Shown: positions 25,700-36,192 of the stretch, piece after piece | Layout of the letters: each line of letters opens with the position of its first letter | Position numbering within the stretch: the first letter of the stretch is position 1 | Source: Raillietiella orientalis | Taxonomy: Eukaryota | Length of the DNA stretch: 64,000 nt | NCBI GenBank assembly: GCA_036172245.1 | Contig: JAYWIR010000001.1 | Location: 7,316,001 to 7,380,000, forward strand | Reading direction: 5' to 3' | Notes under the pieces: model-generated | Databases searched by the model: none | What the model was told of the DNA's origin: nothing | What the model saw: the letters and a program-made list of their open reading frames with translations, nothing else | Translations under genes and position numbers: made by a program

Positions 25700-27250
25700 C
25701 CTCATCAGAAGATTGGTCAGGGGGATGGCCTCACCCAATGGTGCCGCGGGCGACCAAACGGTGCCTCCTGGTCTACAGGAGGATCTCTTGCCACACCTTT
25801 CCGATCCCAGACGGAAGTCACCCCCGCGGGTCCAGTGGGTGGCGTAGGAAGCGTTCCTGTGATCCACATTCGATCTTTTTCCCTTTCTCCCCGTCTCAGG
25901 ATGGTGTCGTCTGCATCAGCAGGGGAGGCAAACTCGGAGCGGAAAGGGCGCTGCTGCCCTTTGCAAGAGGAGGGTGGACGACGGCTTGTCGGGAACGCTC
26001 CCAGAGCGACGTCAGGGTGACGCTGCGTGGATCCGAAGCAGAGTCCAGTGGTCGGACCTGCGGTCAGCCGAAAAAGCGTTGCTTCTGCTCACGTTCTCTC
26101 CGACGGCTTCCCGCGGAAAGCGACGCGGACCCTGAAATTTGGGAAGGCGGGACCAAAGGCCCATGAATGTCTGTTGGACAAACCAACGAACGAGAGAAGT
26201 TGGGATCGCCGTGGCGTGGGGTTTGCGCGAAACTGCAGCGAGGGCGTCCACCATCCCCATCTCTCCAACTTTTTCAGTGACTGTCGCGAATCACCGATCT
26301 AGGAAATCCCCGGACGCTTACTGAGGCTAGGATTCTTTGTTGAGGTGAGGAGGTTGCCCAGTTCTCCCGTGGGGCTGGTTGCTCACCATCTGAACGAGGG
26401 CAAATTTCTCTGGAGGGTGCCGCTGATTGGCCGCCGGTGACCTGAGGTTGTCGAGTGCGGTAGCTGACCTGTCCGAAGGCCTCCCAACGCGCGCACGGAG
26501 AGCCTCGTGCACTCAGGAGTGAAGGTGCAGCGCCAGGACGGGATAAAGGGAGGAGACTGGGAGCGTGGTCGGCGTGAGGTAGCGCGGCTGCTCTCCAGCC
26601 GCAGCTTCCGTGCGTTGAACCGCGAGTGACCCTGGACATCGCTAAGCACGGCGTCAGCTGCTCGCAGGCTGGCAGGGTGAGTGGTGATGCGCGGACCTTC
26701 GGGATGCGCGATTGTGGCTTGTCTGTCTTTGGTGCCCTCCAGAGCAGGGAGTAGCAGACCTCCAAAGCCTCCACACAAGCCCGGGGCGGGGAGAGGGGAA
26801 ATGCTAGGAACTGACGGTGCGGCAGGGGACTCCCCTAGTGGATTTTCCTTAAAATAAAAGGTGTTTCCTTCTGTTTTCGTCTCTCCACGGGTTGCTGCAC
26901 CACAAACTCTGACCGCCGAAGGTCATCCCGCCGCGGAACTATCCGGTTTCTGACGACGCGTGGCTAGGTCCAGAAAGCCAGCTCGAGGCGACCTGACGTC
27001 CTTCGACCAGCTACTCGGCCATGATGCACAGGAAACGATCTTGAAGCTGGTGGTCTCCAGCCAGCCAATCTATGAGATGGACTCCAAGCAGCCATAGGAC
27101 TACAGGAGCCGGAGCTTCAAGGAGAAGGCAGGGTCGTCATACCAGACATCGTCTGTCTCTTCCACAGTCCGTCCACTGGTGGACCCAGTATGGATGATCT
27201 CTGCGGGGTTCCGCCTCCGTGGTCCCCGGCCGGGAGTGGTGCACGATGAA
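25700..27250 (+). mobile_element. Decayed L1/Tx1-like RT fragment
   Basis: LKFGKA..KAHECL (cf. LDQEKAFDRVxHEYL), VR/GCPVLP (cf. VRQGCPLSP, ~26345), GEGRVVIPDI. Bases 27040-27162 are homologous to 56333-56458 on the opposite strand. Confidence 0.6.
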
Positions 27251-28829
27251 CCTGCCATATTTCTCCCTTGGATCACTCGGCTTGGGGAGTGACAGAGAGT
27301 CCCTCCTCCGGTCTTGGGTAAGGGAGCGGGGGTCCCGAGAAAGCCGCTCCCGGGTTCGTCCCGTTCGGCTTTCGGAAGAACACTGAGCGGAGCGCGCGCG
27401 CAGGGGAATCACAGGTGAGCCAAGGGCGGAGTGCCACCTGAGGGAGACCGTCCTACTCCCAGGAGACATGAACCCCGAGGATAAAAAGAAACCTTGCGAA
27501 GTCCCGGGTTCGTCGTCTCCGACGGCGACCGAAATGGGACGGGACGCTTTGGGGATAGCACGGCGCAGCAAGCAAACGCGATCCCCGGACCGGGAGAAGC
27601 TTCGCAGGAAGCTCGCATCCAGGTTTTCAATTTTGCTATTCCCTCTAAAGAGCAAACCTAGGGGAGAGATAGGGGAAGGAGGGGGACGGAGAGAAGATCA
27701 CCGCGGCGGCGCCGGTGTTCGCCGAGGGAATGCTCCTTCCCGGTCGTCGGCGAGAGTTACTCGGGAAACACAGGGTCGTCCTTCCCCGCGACGGCCCCTC
27801 TCTCGGAAGGCTCGCCGAAGGCAGGGAGCGGATGACCAGGAAAAAACGTTCGGAATGAGGAAGGGGGAAAGAGAAAGGGGAGCGGGATCCGGGACGGAGT
27901 TGGTCGAAGAGTTTTCGCCGCCCCCGCTTAAAGAGCGAGTGGGAGGCTTTTAGGGAACGGGAAGGGAACGCACGAGGCGCTGTGTATTAAGGAAGACGGA
28001 TGGGCGGGGAGAGGGGGAGGGCGTCGGCGGTGCGATCCGGGCGGAGCCAGGTTGAGGGAGGAGGCGGGGGGAGGAAAGCGAGGAGTCAGAACGGGAGGGG
28101 AGGGGGGCAGGGAGCGGGAGGATGGAGGATGCGGCGTAGGAGAGAGAAAATCCTGATAATCCAGGAGCGGCGAGGGAAGAGGAAGAGAGCCCTCTCGTGA
28201 GCGCACCCCTGAGCGACGCCTCGCGTGTCTGCCTGCCTCGGGGTCATCGCATTTTCCCGAGGAGCAGGACGGCCCCCCTCCCTCCCCCCCTGTCTGATGG
28301 ACGTGCGTGCGTGCCCGGCCAGCCAACTGGTGCTCCCGGCCGAGAGAGAAGAGGAGGAGGAGGAGCGCATGCCGGGGCGACCCGCGGCGGCGGCTCCAGT
28401 CGCGGACGGACGCTCGCGCGAGCATCCCGGAGTCGCCGAGGCATCCCGGCGCAAGACGTGAATCGGGGGGAATCGATACGGGACGGCGAGTCATCAGTGG
28501 ATGCCTTCGCGATTCCACGTCTGCATTTATGGCGTCATCAGCTCGGCGGGAGCGCGGGCGTTCCGCGGGGAAGGCATATTAATAACCCCCCGCTCCCCCT
28601 CCCACGGCGCGGGGTCCCCTATAACAATCGCGTCTGCCGCCGCACTCGCGGAAGATGCATCTCCGCGGTAATTTCTAGCGGGAAATTCTCCCCCTTTCAC
28701 TTGCTGCCCCCCTCTCCCTCCCCTTTCTGCTTTCTCGCTCCTCCCCGAATCGCGGAGGAGGCCTGGCTCGGGAATGGGAGGAGGGGATGGGGGTAGAGGA
28801 GACCTAACGGACGGAGAGGAGGAATGGGG

Positions 28830-29175
28830 ATGAACGAGGAGGAGGAGGAGGATGACGACAATGACGATGATGATTTTGTTGCTGTTTCGTTGATGAAGTG
28901 AAGGAAAGGGAAGGAGAGGATGTGCAGAATGATGGCGACGCCGATGCTGATGTGCACGATAAGGATGCTGTTCCTGGCGATGACGGGGAGGGGGAAGATG
29001 TAAAGGATCATGATAATGATGATGATGATTTTGCTGCTGTTTGGTTCATGATGATGTGGAAGTGGTGGAGAAGGTGGAAACGAAGGATGATGATCATGTC
29101 GAGGATGGCGATGATCTTGCAGACGATGACGGGAAGTGGTGGTGACGGTGATGCAGGTGGTGATGGTGAGCAGGG
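28830..29175. repeat. Degenerate (GAT/GAG/GAC)n low-complexity tract with an internal ~155-bp duplication
   Basis: gatgatgattttgttgctgtttcgttgatg (~28866) recurs as gatgatgattttgctgctgtttggttcatg (~29021). Confidence 0.75.
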
Positions 29176-29179
29176 AGAG

Positions 29180-32100
29180 GGAAGAGGCGCCAGCCGGCTC
29201 CGCGTGCTCCGCACACTTGGCACGGGGGCGTGGCGCTGGAGGTCGCGCTCTGTTCCGCTCCCCGACCTCCCATCCTTGGAGGATCTCGCTGGCTTCCGGA
29301 ACCTCCCCTGAGGGGTGTGGTGGGAATGGGGGCCAGGAAGGGTTCCTCCGAGAAGTATCCAAAGAGACGTCGGTCTTCTGGGACTGCGTGACCCGGAGTT
29401 CCGCGGGCACGTCGCGAGTCTGAGGAGATGGTGCAGAAGCTGGGCGCTGGCCCTTCGAGGGCCCTCTGCACCTTCCCTTCCGTGCTTGCCACCCGTCCGA
29501 TCGGGCAACGAGGACTCCAATCGCATGGGGGCGCCCCAGAAGAGGGGAAAGTGGAAAAGGGGGACGAGGGTGCGTCCCAAGTAGGGCCTGAGCCTGAGCA
29601 CGAGGGTCTCTGGAACTCAGGAAAGCTAGGGTGGGAGCTCCTGGGAACTGGGGACGGCCAGCCAGTATTCCGCGGGCGTGCCACCGAGGACCGAGAAGGC
29701 GCTGCGGCCCCCGGCCCAGAGGCACCTGTCAAGATTCCGGGCGGCAGCGACCAAGGCAGGAAGGGCAGGAGCACCCTGAGTGTCTGGGCAGGGCCGGACT
29801 TCCTTACCACCTCCATGGGGACGGCCTCCAAAGAAGGGGAGGGGGATTGGTGCGAAGGAAGCGCCGCGCACGGCCGAAGGATTCCCCAAGAAAGGGGCTG
29901 CGGGAGCCGTCGAGATGGCGGCAGAGGGCAGGACTGGGAGGGGAGCCCCGAGGGAGCAGTGGGTGAAGGGAAGATGGGGAGACAGGAGGAGTCTCCGAGG
30001 AGACGGTGAAGAGAGGGATCGGGCGGTGGCCCGGGACGCGTCCCTCGCGTCTTGAACAGGGTGGTGAAGGAGAGGGGCGGACTGTCCTGGAGGAAAAAGC
30101 GCCAGCGATCAGTAAGGCCTCTTCCTTCCCACCTCTCCCTCGAGGGCGAGGAAGGAGGGCCTCGAGGAGCCTCCGGGAACGAATGAGGGTCGTTTCCTGC
30201 CGGCACCTTCCCGAAAGCGCCTCCCGCCGGTCCCGCGCCCTCCACAGCCGGGAAAGGGCCGGAGGGCAGGAGAAGAAGTCTCTGCAGAGCTCCCGGGCAT
30301 CATCCCGGCGAGGACGGTGGTCGTTCGTCAGGCGCTCCTGCCTCCTCCTCTTCTGAGCACCTCGGGAGTAGGAAATCCGCGTCCGAGATCGCTTCCTCTC
30401 CCGCTTCCCCACCATAGGTGCCGGTCTCGAGGGGTGGGGGAGGTCGGGGCCTCCCGTCTCCACCATCCCTTCCATCCGTGGGAGGGGGGGGGGGGCAGGG
30501 AAGTTGTCTGAGGGAGGCGGTCGAGGGAAAGAGACCTCCCCACTTCCCATCCGCTCCCTACGGCAGAGCAGTCCCCGACCCGAGGAACGTTCCTGCTTTC
30601 CAGGACCTCGTGGCGCGATCTCAGGAGAACGGAGAGGGGACGAAGTGGTCCCTTTCTTCCGGAGGAGTCAAGCTCCATTCGGCTCTGCCCCTTGAGAGGG
30701 CTCGAGGAGCAGAAGGGATTCGGCTTCTTCCCGTCCCGGACGGCGCGCTGCTGGGGGAAGGAACCGCTTCTTCCCGGAATGCGTGAGCCCACACTGCAAC
30801 CCTCCCCTCTCCCTTCTTTCGCCTCCTGACAAATGTCACCCTTCGAAGGGAGGGGGAGAACAGGGACATCCCCGCTTCGCTCGTGCGCCTCCTTCCCGAT
30901 CAGCGAGGGGAAGGGGGGGGGAGGGAAAAAAGGAAGCGATCCCAGCATCCCAGGAGAGGGACCACTCCTGTCGAACCCTCTCCGATCCCGTTCAGGAGTG
31001 AGGGAAATCCAGGATGCGGAAAATATGATCCCGGTCATTTCGTAAACTGGAGGTCTCTTGGGAACAGCAGGTCCCGGCTGGGAACAAAGATTGATCCTCC
31101 CGTGGGGAGTCCGCGTACCCCTTTCCGAGAGGAGGGGCGGCAACTCCCTTCTTCCAGGGGACTACCTGCGAAAGAAAAGGATGGAAGGGGTGAGGGAGGG
31201 AAAGGGGGAGAGAAGGGGACCCTTGAGCGTCCCGCATCCTTCCCTATCGGTTTCGGCCGCGACGCGCCTCTCTCCCTTTCAATCCTGACCCCACCCCTCC
31301 TCCTTCCTCCGAGCATTCGACCGGAGGAGGTCGCTGCCGAAGGGGGTGGCGATGCGGCATCTCTGGGAGGACCCCCTGGAGTGCATCCTTGGCCCGTCTC
31401 AGGCAATGACCTTGAAACCCGGCCGGCTTCCTCCCCCCCCCCCGACCCAGGCGGACGTGTCTGGGAGCATTTCTCCCTCCACCGTCTCCCTGGAGTCGTG
31501 TTTCCCGGAAGAAGGAACAGGATGAGGCAGGGAGCCGAAACCAGCGGCGAGGCAGGGAAGAGACGACTCTCTCCTCAGGGACGTGGAAGCCCGGGAAGGA
31601 AAGGGGAGCGGGGGGAGTAGGAGGGCAGGAAGGTCCAGAAAGCGGGAGGGGTGGGGAGAGCTCCAGGTGCAGAGAGTGAGTGGTGAAGGGAGGTCCCGGA
31701 GGGAGGGGGAATCAGCAAAGGGGGGAGGAAGAGGAAGGCTCCGCTCCCGGTCCGCTGAGCGACCCCCTTTCTCAGGAGATTCCAGGGAACTCCTGCTTAC
31801 GTCTGATGGGGGGGGGGAGGGTAAGTAAAAGTGGACGGGTAGCGATGGCGCCCTTCGCGGGGAAGGGCTTCGTCCTGCCGACAGGGTTAAGGCTCTCCTG
31901 GATAGGAGGGGCTCTTTCCCTCCCTTCCGGCTCGGCGAGTGTGGCATGGGCATGGTGGACTGCTCCGAGGGGCAACGAGAAGGTGGCACTGGAAGACGGG
32001 GCGCCACCGTTCGCGCCGGCGGTGAGACTGTTCCCCCACCTTAGGCAGTGGTCGGCGGGGATATGAGGGCGTCCTCCGGCTCCGGGTCTGCAGCTCCGAG

Positions 32101-33626
32101 GGGGAAGGGAAGAGTTTGGTGGGCCTCCTTCCAGAGGAGGAGGTGGTGACCTGCCCTGCTCCTCTCTGCCGCTCCCTGTTAGCTCTCCCGATCGTGCAGC
32201 TTAAGCACCGTCTCGGTTGCGTGGGACCCCACGCTCAGCAGTAGTAGGAAGACGTCAGGAGCCAGCAAAGAGTTGGGAGGATGAAGGGGAGGAGCAGGAG
32301 ACGAAGAGGAAGCAGAGAGAAGGAAGGAATGGTAGGGTGGGGGAAAGATGCTGATAAAAATGATGGTGCTGATGAGGGGAATGGGAAGGGAGGCTAGGCG
32401 GAGCTGGAGTAGATGGGGAAGAGGGGAAAAAAAGGGGAGGTGGGATGGGAAGCGGAAGGAGATCCTCACGAGTCTCGTTGCCGGGGCAACAGCGCCAAAA
32501 CTCGGCGAGCATCCGGTGCCCCCGCGACCATGAGAAAAGGGACTCTCTCCCTTTTTGCCCGTGGATTCAGAGGGGGGGAGGGTTCCAGGTGATTCCTTCA
32601 CTCGAGGTAAACTACAGGGAGAGGAGGAAGCACTCCCGCCTCTTCCCTCACTCCCCGCCTTCCTCCCTTGTCGCTCCCGCACGTCACCGCTCTTGCCTGA
32701 CCATCCGTGCCGGCATCCTCGCTCGGATCTTCTGGCGGCGCTGCTGCGTCTCGAGACCAGGCACCTGCTCGTCGGAGAGGGGAGGGAAGAAGGAAAGGTG
32801 TTTCCAGAGCAGAGATTGCGTGAGGGAGACCAAGAAGGCACCTCTGTCGAGGCACCTGCCGACGTAGGTGGCAGCGCGTCATCTTCCTGCGGCTGCGGCG
32901 AGGGCTTCTATTCCATCCGGGGTGGCTACCGTCCCCCCGCACCCGAGTTCCCTGCTGGGAATTCTAGTGAGGCAGTCTCGCTTCAGCAGCGTTCAGCCGG
33001 GTTCTGCGGAGGAGGGAGAGGAAGGCGAGCCAGAGGAGGGACCCCGTCGCTCAGAAGGATGGAAGGAGTGGAGGAGAGAGAAAGGGATGAGCGTGTTGTG
33101 GAGACAAAAATGCAAAGGGGTCTTTCAGTTGGCTGGCTCATGCTGCGTGGGCTGGAAGCAACGGAGGAAGACCTCGACAGCAGTAGCCTGGAGCGACGCA
33201 TCTCCGAGATGGGAAGGGCGTCTTCGGGAAGGCATCGGCCTTCAACGAAGGACTCATCTCGCCCTGGGGTCGAAATCACGAAGACTTCCGTCGTCTCCCT
33301 CAACGGAAGGGTTCCCGTTACCTAGGAAACCAAACTCTCTGGAGGATCTGGGGGTTGAGGACCGGCAAGTGCCCCCACTAGCCCGTGAGGAGGTTCAGAC
33401 CAGGGAAGCGCTAAGAAAGCGGCATCTGGATAGCAGATGCTGCGGACAGCCACTTGGTCCAGGAGATGTTATTAAGGTCTCATCCTGGGTGATGGAGGCA
33501 CTGGGCGGTTGGGATCGTCACCCAAAAGCTTCTGACTGGGGTCAGCCTCTCTCTCCTGAGTAGGGTGGGGGCCCATGCCTGGAGAGGAGCAGCGAGGATG
33601 TGGAAGGCCTCTCTTCCCAGGGGAGA
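29180..33626 (-). mobile_element. Near-full-length decayed L1/Tx1-like LINE (putative 5' UTR/ORF1, APE, linker, start of RT)
   Basis: Motif remnants in the expected order on the minus strand: weak ORF1-like LPPT..DRG (~32850), FFRETRL (cf. FLQETHL, 31493-31513), SAWVGG, RERWEGRG...RFF linker (~30110), SLPPG..SGPG (~29720), DWSP (cf. NWRP, ~29520). The ORF1 part is weak. Confidence 0.5.
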
Positions 33627-34244
33627 CCTCAAGGAAGTCCTGGTCACTCCCGCCATTTATTCGCTCTTGATAGAATCTCCTCACTTGGACATTCAGGGCA
33701 CCGGACAGAGGTCAAGTCGCGCCAACGCCGGCGACTGCCACCGCGATACTTTGCTTTAATCAAGCAGTCGCACCCCCCCCCCCTTGTCGATCGCAGCCGT
33801 TGCGGTCCCCGAAACTCCGGTCGCGTGCCAAGGAAACAGCGCTCGGCATTGGGCGTCGGCCAGTGGGAGCGTCAAGCAAGATCGTTCTGCGGGTCATCCG
33901 GATCCCCCGCGCAAGGTCATGATGGAAAGCGGACATCGCTGCGAAGGACAGTGTGCACCCGATGAGCACCGCAGGCAGCCGTTGAGTGCACCTCGAGTGG
34001 TCCCTCCGGGACGCGCGCTCGCCCCGGCCGATCGAGGAGGCTCCCATCTCCCGTTACATCTCCCGGCCACGGCGAGGAAATCTGCCAAGCCCGACTCCTT
34101 CACCCGAAGTTACGGATCTGGTTTGCCGACTTCCCTTGCCTACGACATTCTACCGTCTGGAGGCTGCTCACCTTGGAAACCAACCGCGGATACGGGCGCG
34201 ATCTGGAACAGGGTTTGTCCCAACTCGCTTCGATTTTCGGGGAC
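33627..34244 (-). pseudogene. Degenerate 28S (LSU) rRNA fragment, 3' part (D8 region to helix 69/70), ending at the R2 target site
   Basis: The + strand reads cctcaaggaagtcctggtcactcccgccatttat...gacattcagggcaccggacaga...tttgctttaatcaagcagtcg and cccgaagttacggatctggtttgccgacttcccttgcctac...gaggctgctcaccttggaaac, the reverse complement of conserved 28S core. It has many substitutions (including the H69 loop) and an apparent ~20-nt core deletion near 34095, so it is called a pseudogene. Confidence 0.88.
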
Positions 34245-34245
34245 T

Positions 34246-35127
34246 TCCGGCGAGGCGGGAGTTGCCCTGCTGTATCGAAGGCAGGAAGAAACTTCCGTAC
34301 GCGTGGAAAACTCGGTAGCTCATGGACGCTGTGACCTCGAGTGTCCCGCCGAAAGGAATCTTACGCTGAGGAGAGCTGCTCGGCATCTCTCCGGAGGAGG
34401 TGAAGCAGCCCCCAGCGTGCTGGAACAGTGGCACCCTCCCCCCTCTCACTCGAGTGGCATGACGAGTTGGCGTTGCATGGGGGAATTCCCACGCAAGAGC
34501 ACGTCTCCATCATTGGGCACGAGGGAGGGTGGATGCTGAGTGGGACAGATGCAGGAAGAAGGAGACCCTCCCGCACCTTTCTGCTAGACTGTGCCGCCCT
34601 CCATCCCCTTTGGGATCGCCTCGCAACGACCTCAGGATCCCCAGTGGCGGCCCCAGGGAATTTGCAAAACATCTCTTCGCGCGCGGTGCCGCATTGCCTC
34701 CAGTCGCGTCCCTCGCAGTGCTTTTCGCGGGGTTACGGCGGCCTGGAACGCCAGAAAAAGAGGCCGAAATGGCAGGGGCACCATCCACTGGCAGAAGATC
34801 TTCCTGAGAACCGCCTCGAGATGGCCCCACTTGGACGCTCTACGGATACAAAACTTGCCAGCATCCTGGCCAGGACGTCTCCCAGCGAAACGTGATTCCA
34901 TCCTGGGTCCCCTCGCCAACGAAACTCATTCTCTGTATCTTTTTTCCCCGGTTTTCCCTTCCTCGTCTCCATGGAAACGTGCCTCCTCGGTCTGCGTACC
35001 GGTCGTGGCAAGTCCCAGGCACGTGGCGAAACCACGTGGTGCTTGATCACAGCCGAGCATTTCTAATGGATTTTTCTTGTTACTTTGTTTAATAATAAAT
35101 GCCCTCCGGGCAAAACCGGGTGGCAAA
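34246..35127 (+). mobile_element. 5'-truncated L1/Tx1-like LINE (3' end of ORF2 plus 3' UTR) inserted in the 28S fragment
   Basis: Frameshifted zf-RVT-like remnant LALHGGIPT...RCRKKETLPHL/LLDCAALHPLWDRL, then AAWNARK, a pyrimidine-rich UTR, AATAAA at 35094-35099, and a flanking degenerate 17-bp duplication. Confidence 0.7.
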
Positions 35128-35365
35128 CTCGGATTTTCAAGGGCTGAGCCTTACGGACGCCTCAGGAACCGCGGTGCTATTCGGCAGCCCGACCCTCTCT
35201 CTCCGCACGAGCCGATTCCGGGGTACGAGGCGCTCCCCCTAAGCAGGGTGGGAAACTATTCTTCCCGGGGGTTCCGAGTTCGACATCTCCAAGCAGCTCG
35301 TTTGCCTTGCGGCGACGAACCGCCAGGACGAGGAATCGGGAAACCGTCCCGGCTCCTCCGGAAGG
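35128..35365 (-). pseudogene. Degenerate 28S rRNA fragment, 5' part (continues 33627-34244 across the LINE insertion; may extend to ~35417)
   Basis: ctcggattttcaagggc...cggacgcctcaggaaccgcggtgct...ctctccgcacgagccgattccgggg is colinear with reverse-complemented 28S D7 region. I saw no 18S, 5.8S or remaining 28S in the window. Confidence 0.8.
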
Positions 35366-36149
35366 CCACGCGTACCCCGCTCGGGGAACCGCGGTTGCTG
35401 CCCGCGGCTCGGGTCCGCTCGAAAGCGAGAGAGCGGACGGGATGGGCATGGGAAATCGGGGGCGGAGGGGGAACCAAGGAAGGGGGAGGAGAAGGGAATC
35501 GCGAAGAGACGGGCGTCCGGGAACGAGGACGGTGAAAGAGCTGCTGCTACCTCCCGGTGGCCACCCCATTGGGCGTTGGCAGCGGCGACACAGGGCTCCG
35601 CATTTTCCAATTAAGGGCGCCCTCCCGAACATGCATGAATACAGGTGCCGGAGGGGAGGGAGGGAGGAGGAGGAGGGGGAAGAACACGATCTGATCTACG
35701 GCCACGGGCAAGGGTAGTTCACGGCGTCGTAAACATCCGCCCGACTCGCCACGCCGCGTAATTGAAAGACGCCCGCGAAGGATGCCGGAATTACGGGGGA
35801 ACTTCATACGGGGAGCCTGGCCGTTCCTGTGGGATGTGATGTGCTCCTGCGTGGAGCAGCGCAATAAACGGGAGGCTGTTACTGTTTTATCGCGGATCGC
35901 TCCAGTTAACGACCAATAACCCGTTGCTGCTCTTGAGTTACGAGCCAGAAGACTTCGCAAGAGCTGTCTCTGGCTGTTTTTTCCCCTCCGAAGAAGGAGG
36001 CTGCAGAAGAAGTTCCACGTCAAGACGTAGAGTAATAATGTTTTGCAAAACTTAAATTCACCAGGAAGACAAAAGAGAGAAAGGAAAAAAAAAAAAGAAA
36101 AAAAGAAGACAAAGAGGAAAGACAAAAAATGGATTTTCTTGAAAAAAAA

Positions 36150-36150
<1 letters not shown>

Positions 36151-36181
<31 letters not shown>

Positions 36182-36192
36182 ACATACGCGCG
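36151..36192. repeat. (CA)n microsatellite
   Basis: Read directly from the sequence. Confidence 0.9.

Noticed and set aside
28574-28680. rRNA-like words GCATATTAATAA and CCGCGGTAATT
   Set aside because: Only 11-12-nt matches, from different rRNAs, and the flanks do not align.
28898-29311. Acidic D/G-rich ORF
   Set aside because: Explained by a degenerate GAN trinucleotide repeat; no splice or domain support.
29180-33626. Canonical R2 element at the R2 site
   Set aside because: I found no N-terminal C2H2/Myb or restriction-like endonuclease remnants; the recognisable motifs are APE/L1-type.
33627-35365. Functional, highly divergent 28S gene with a giant expansion segment
   Set aside because: The H69 loop is mutated, there is a core deletion, both ends are missing, and the apparent expansion is a LINE with a TSD.
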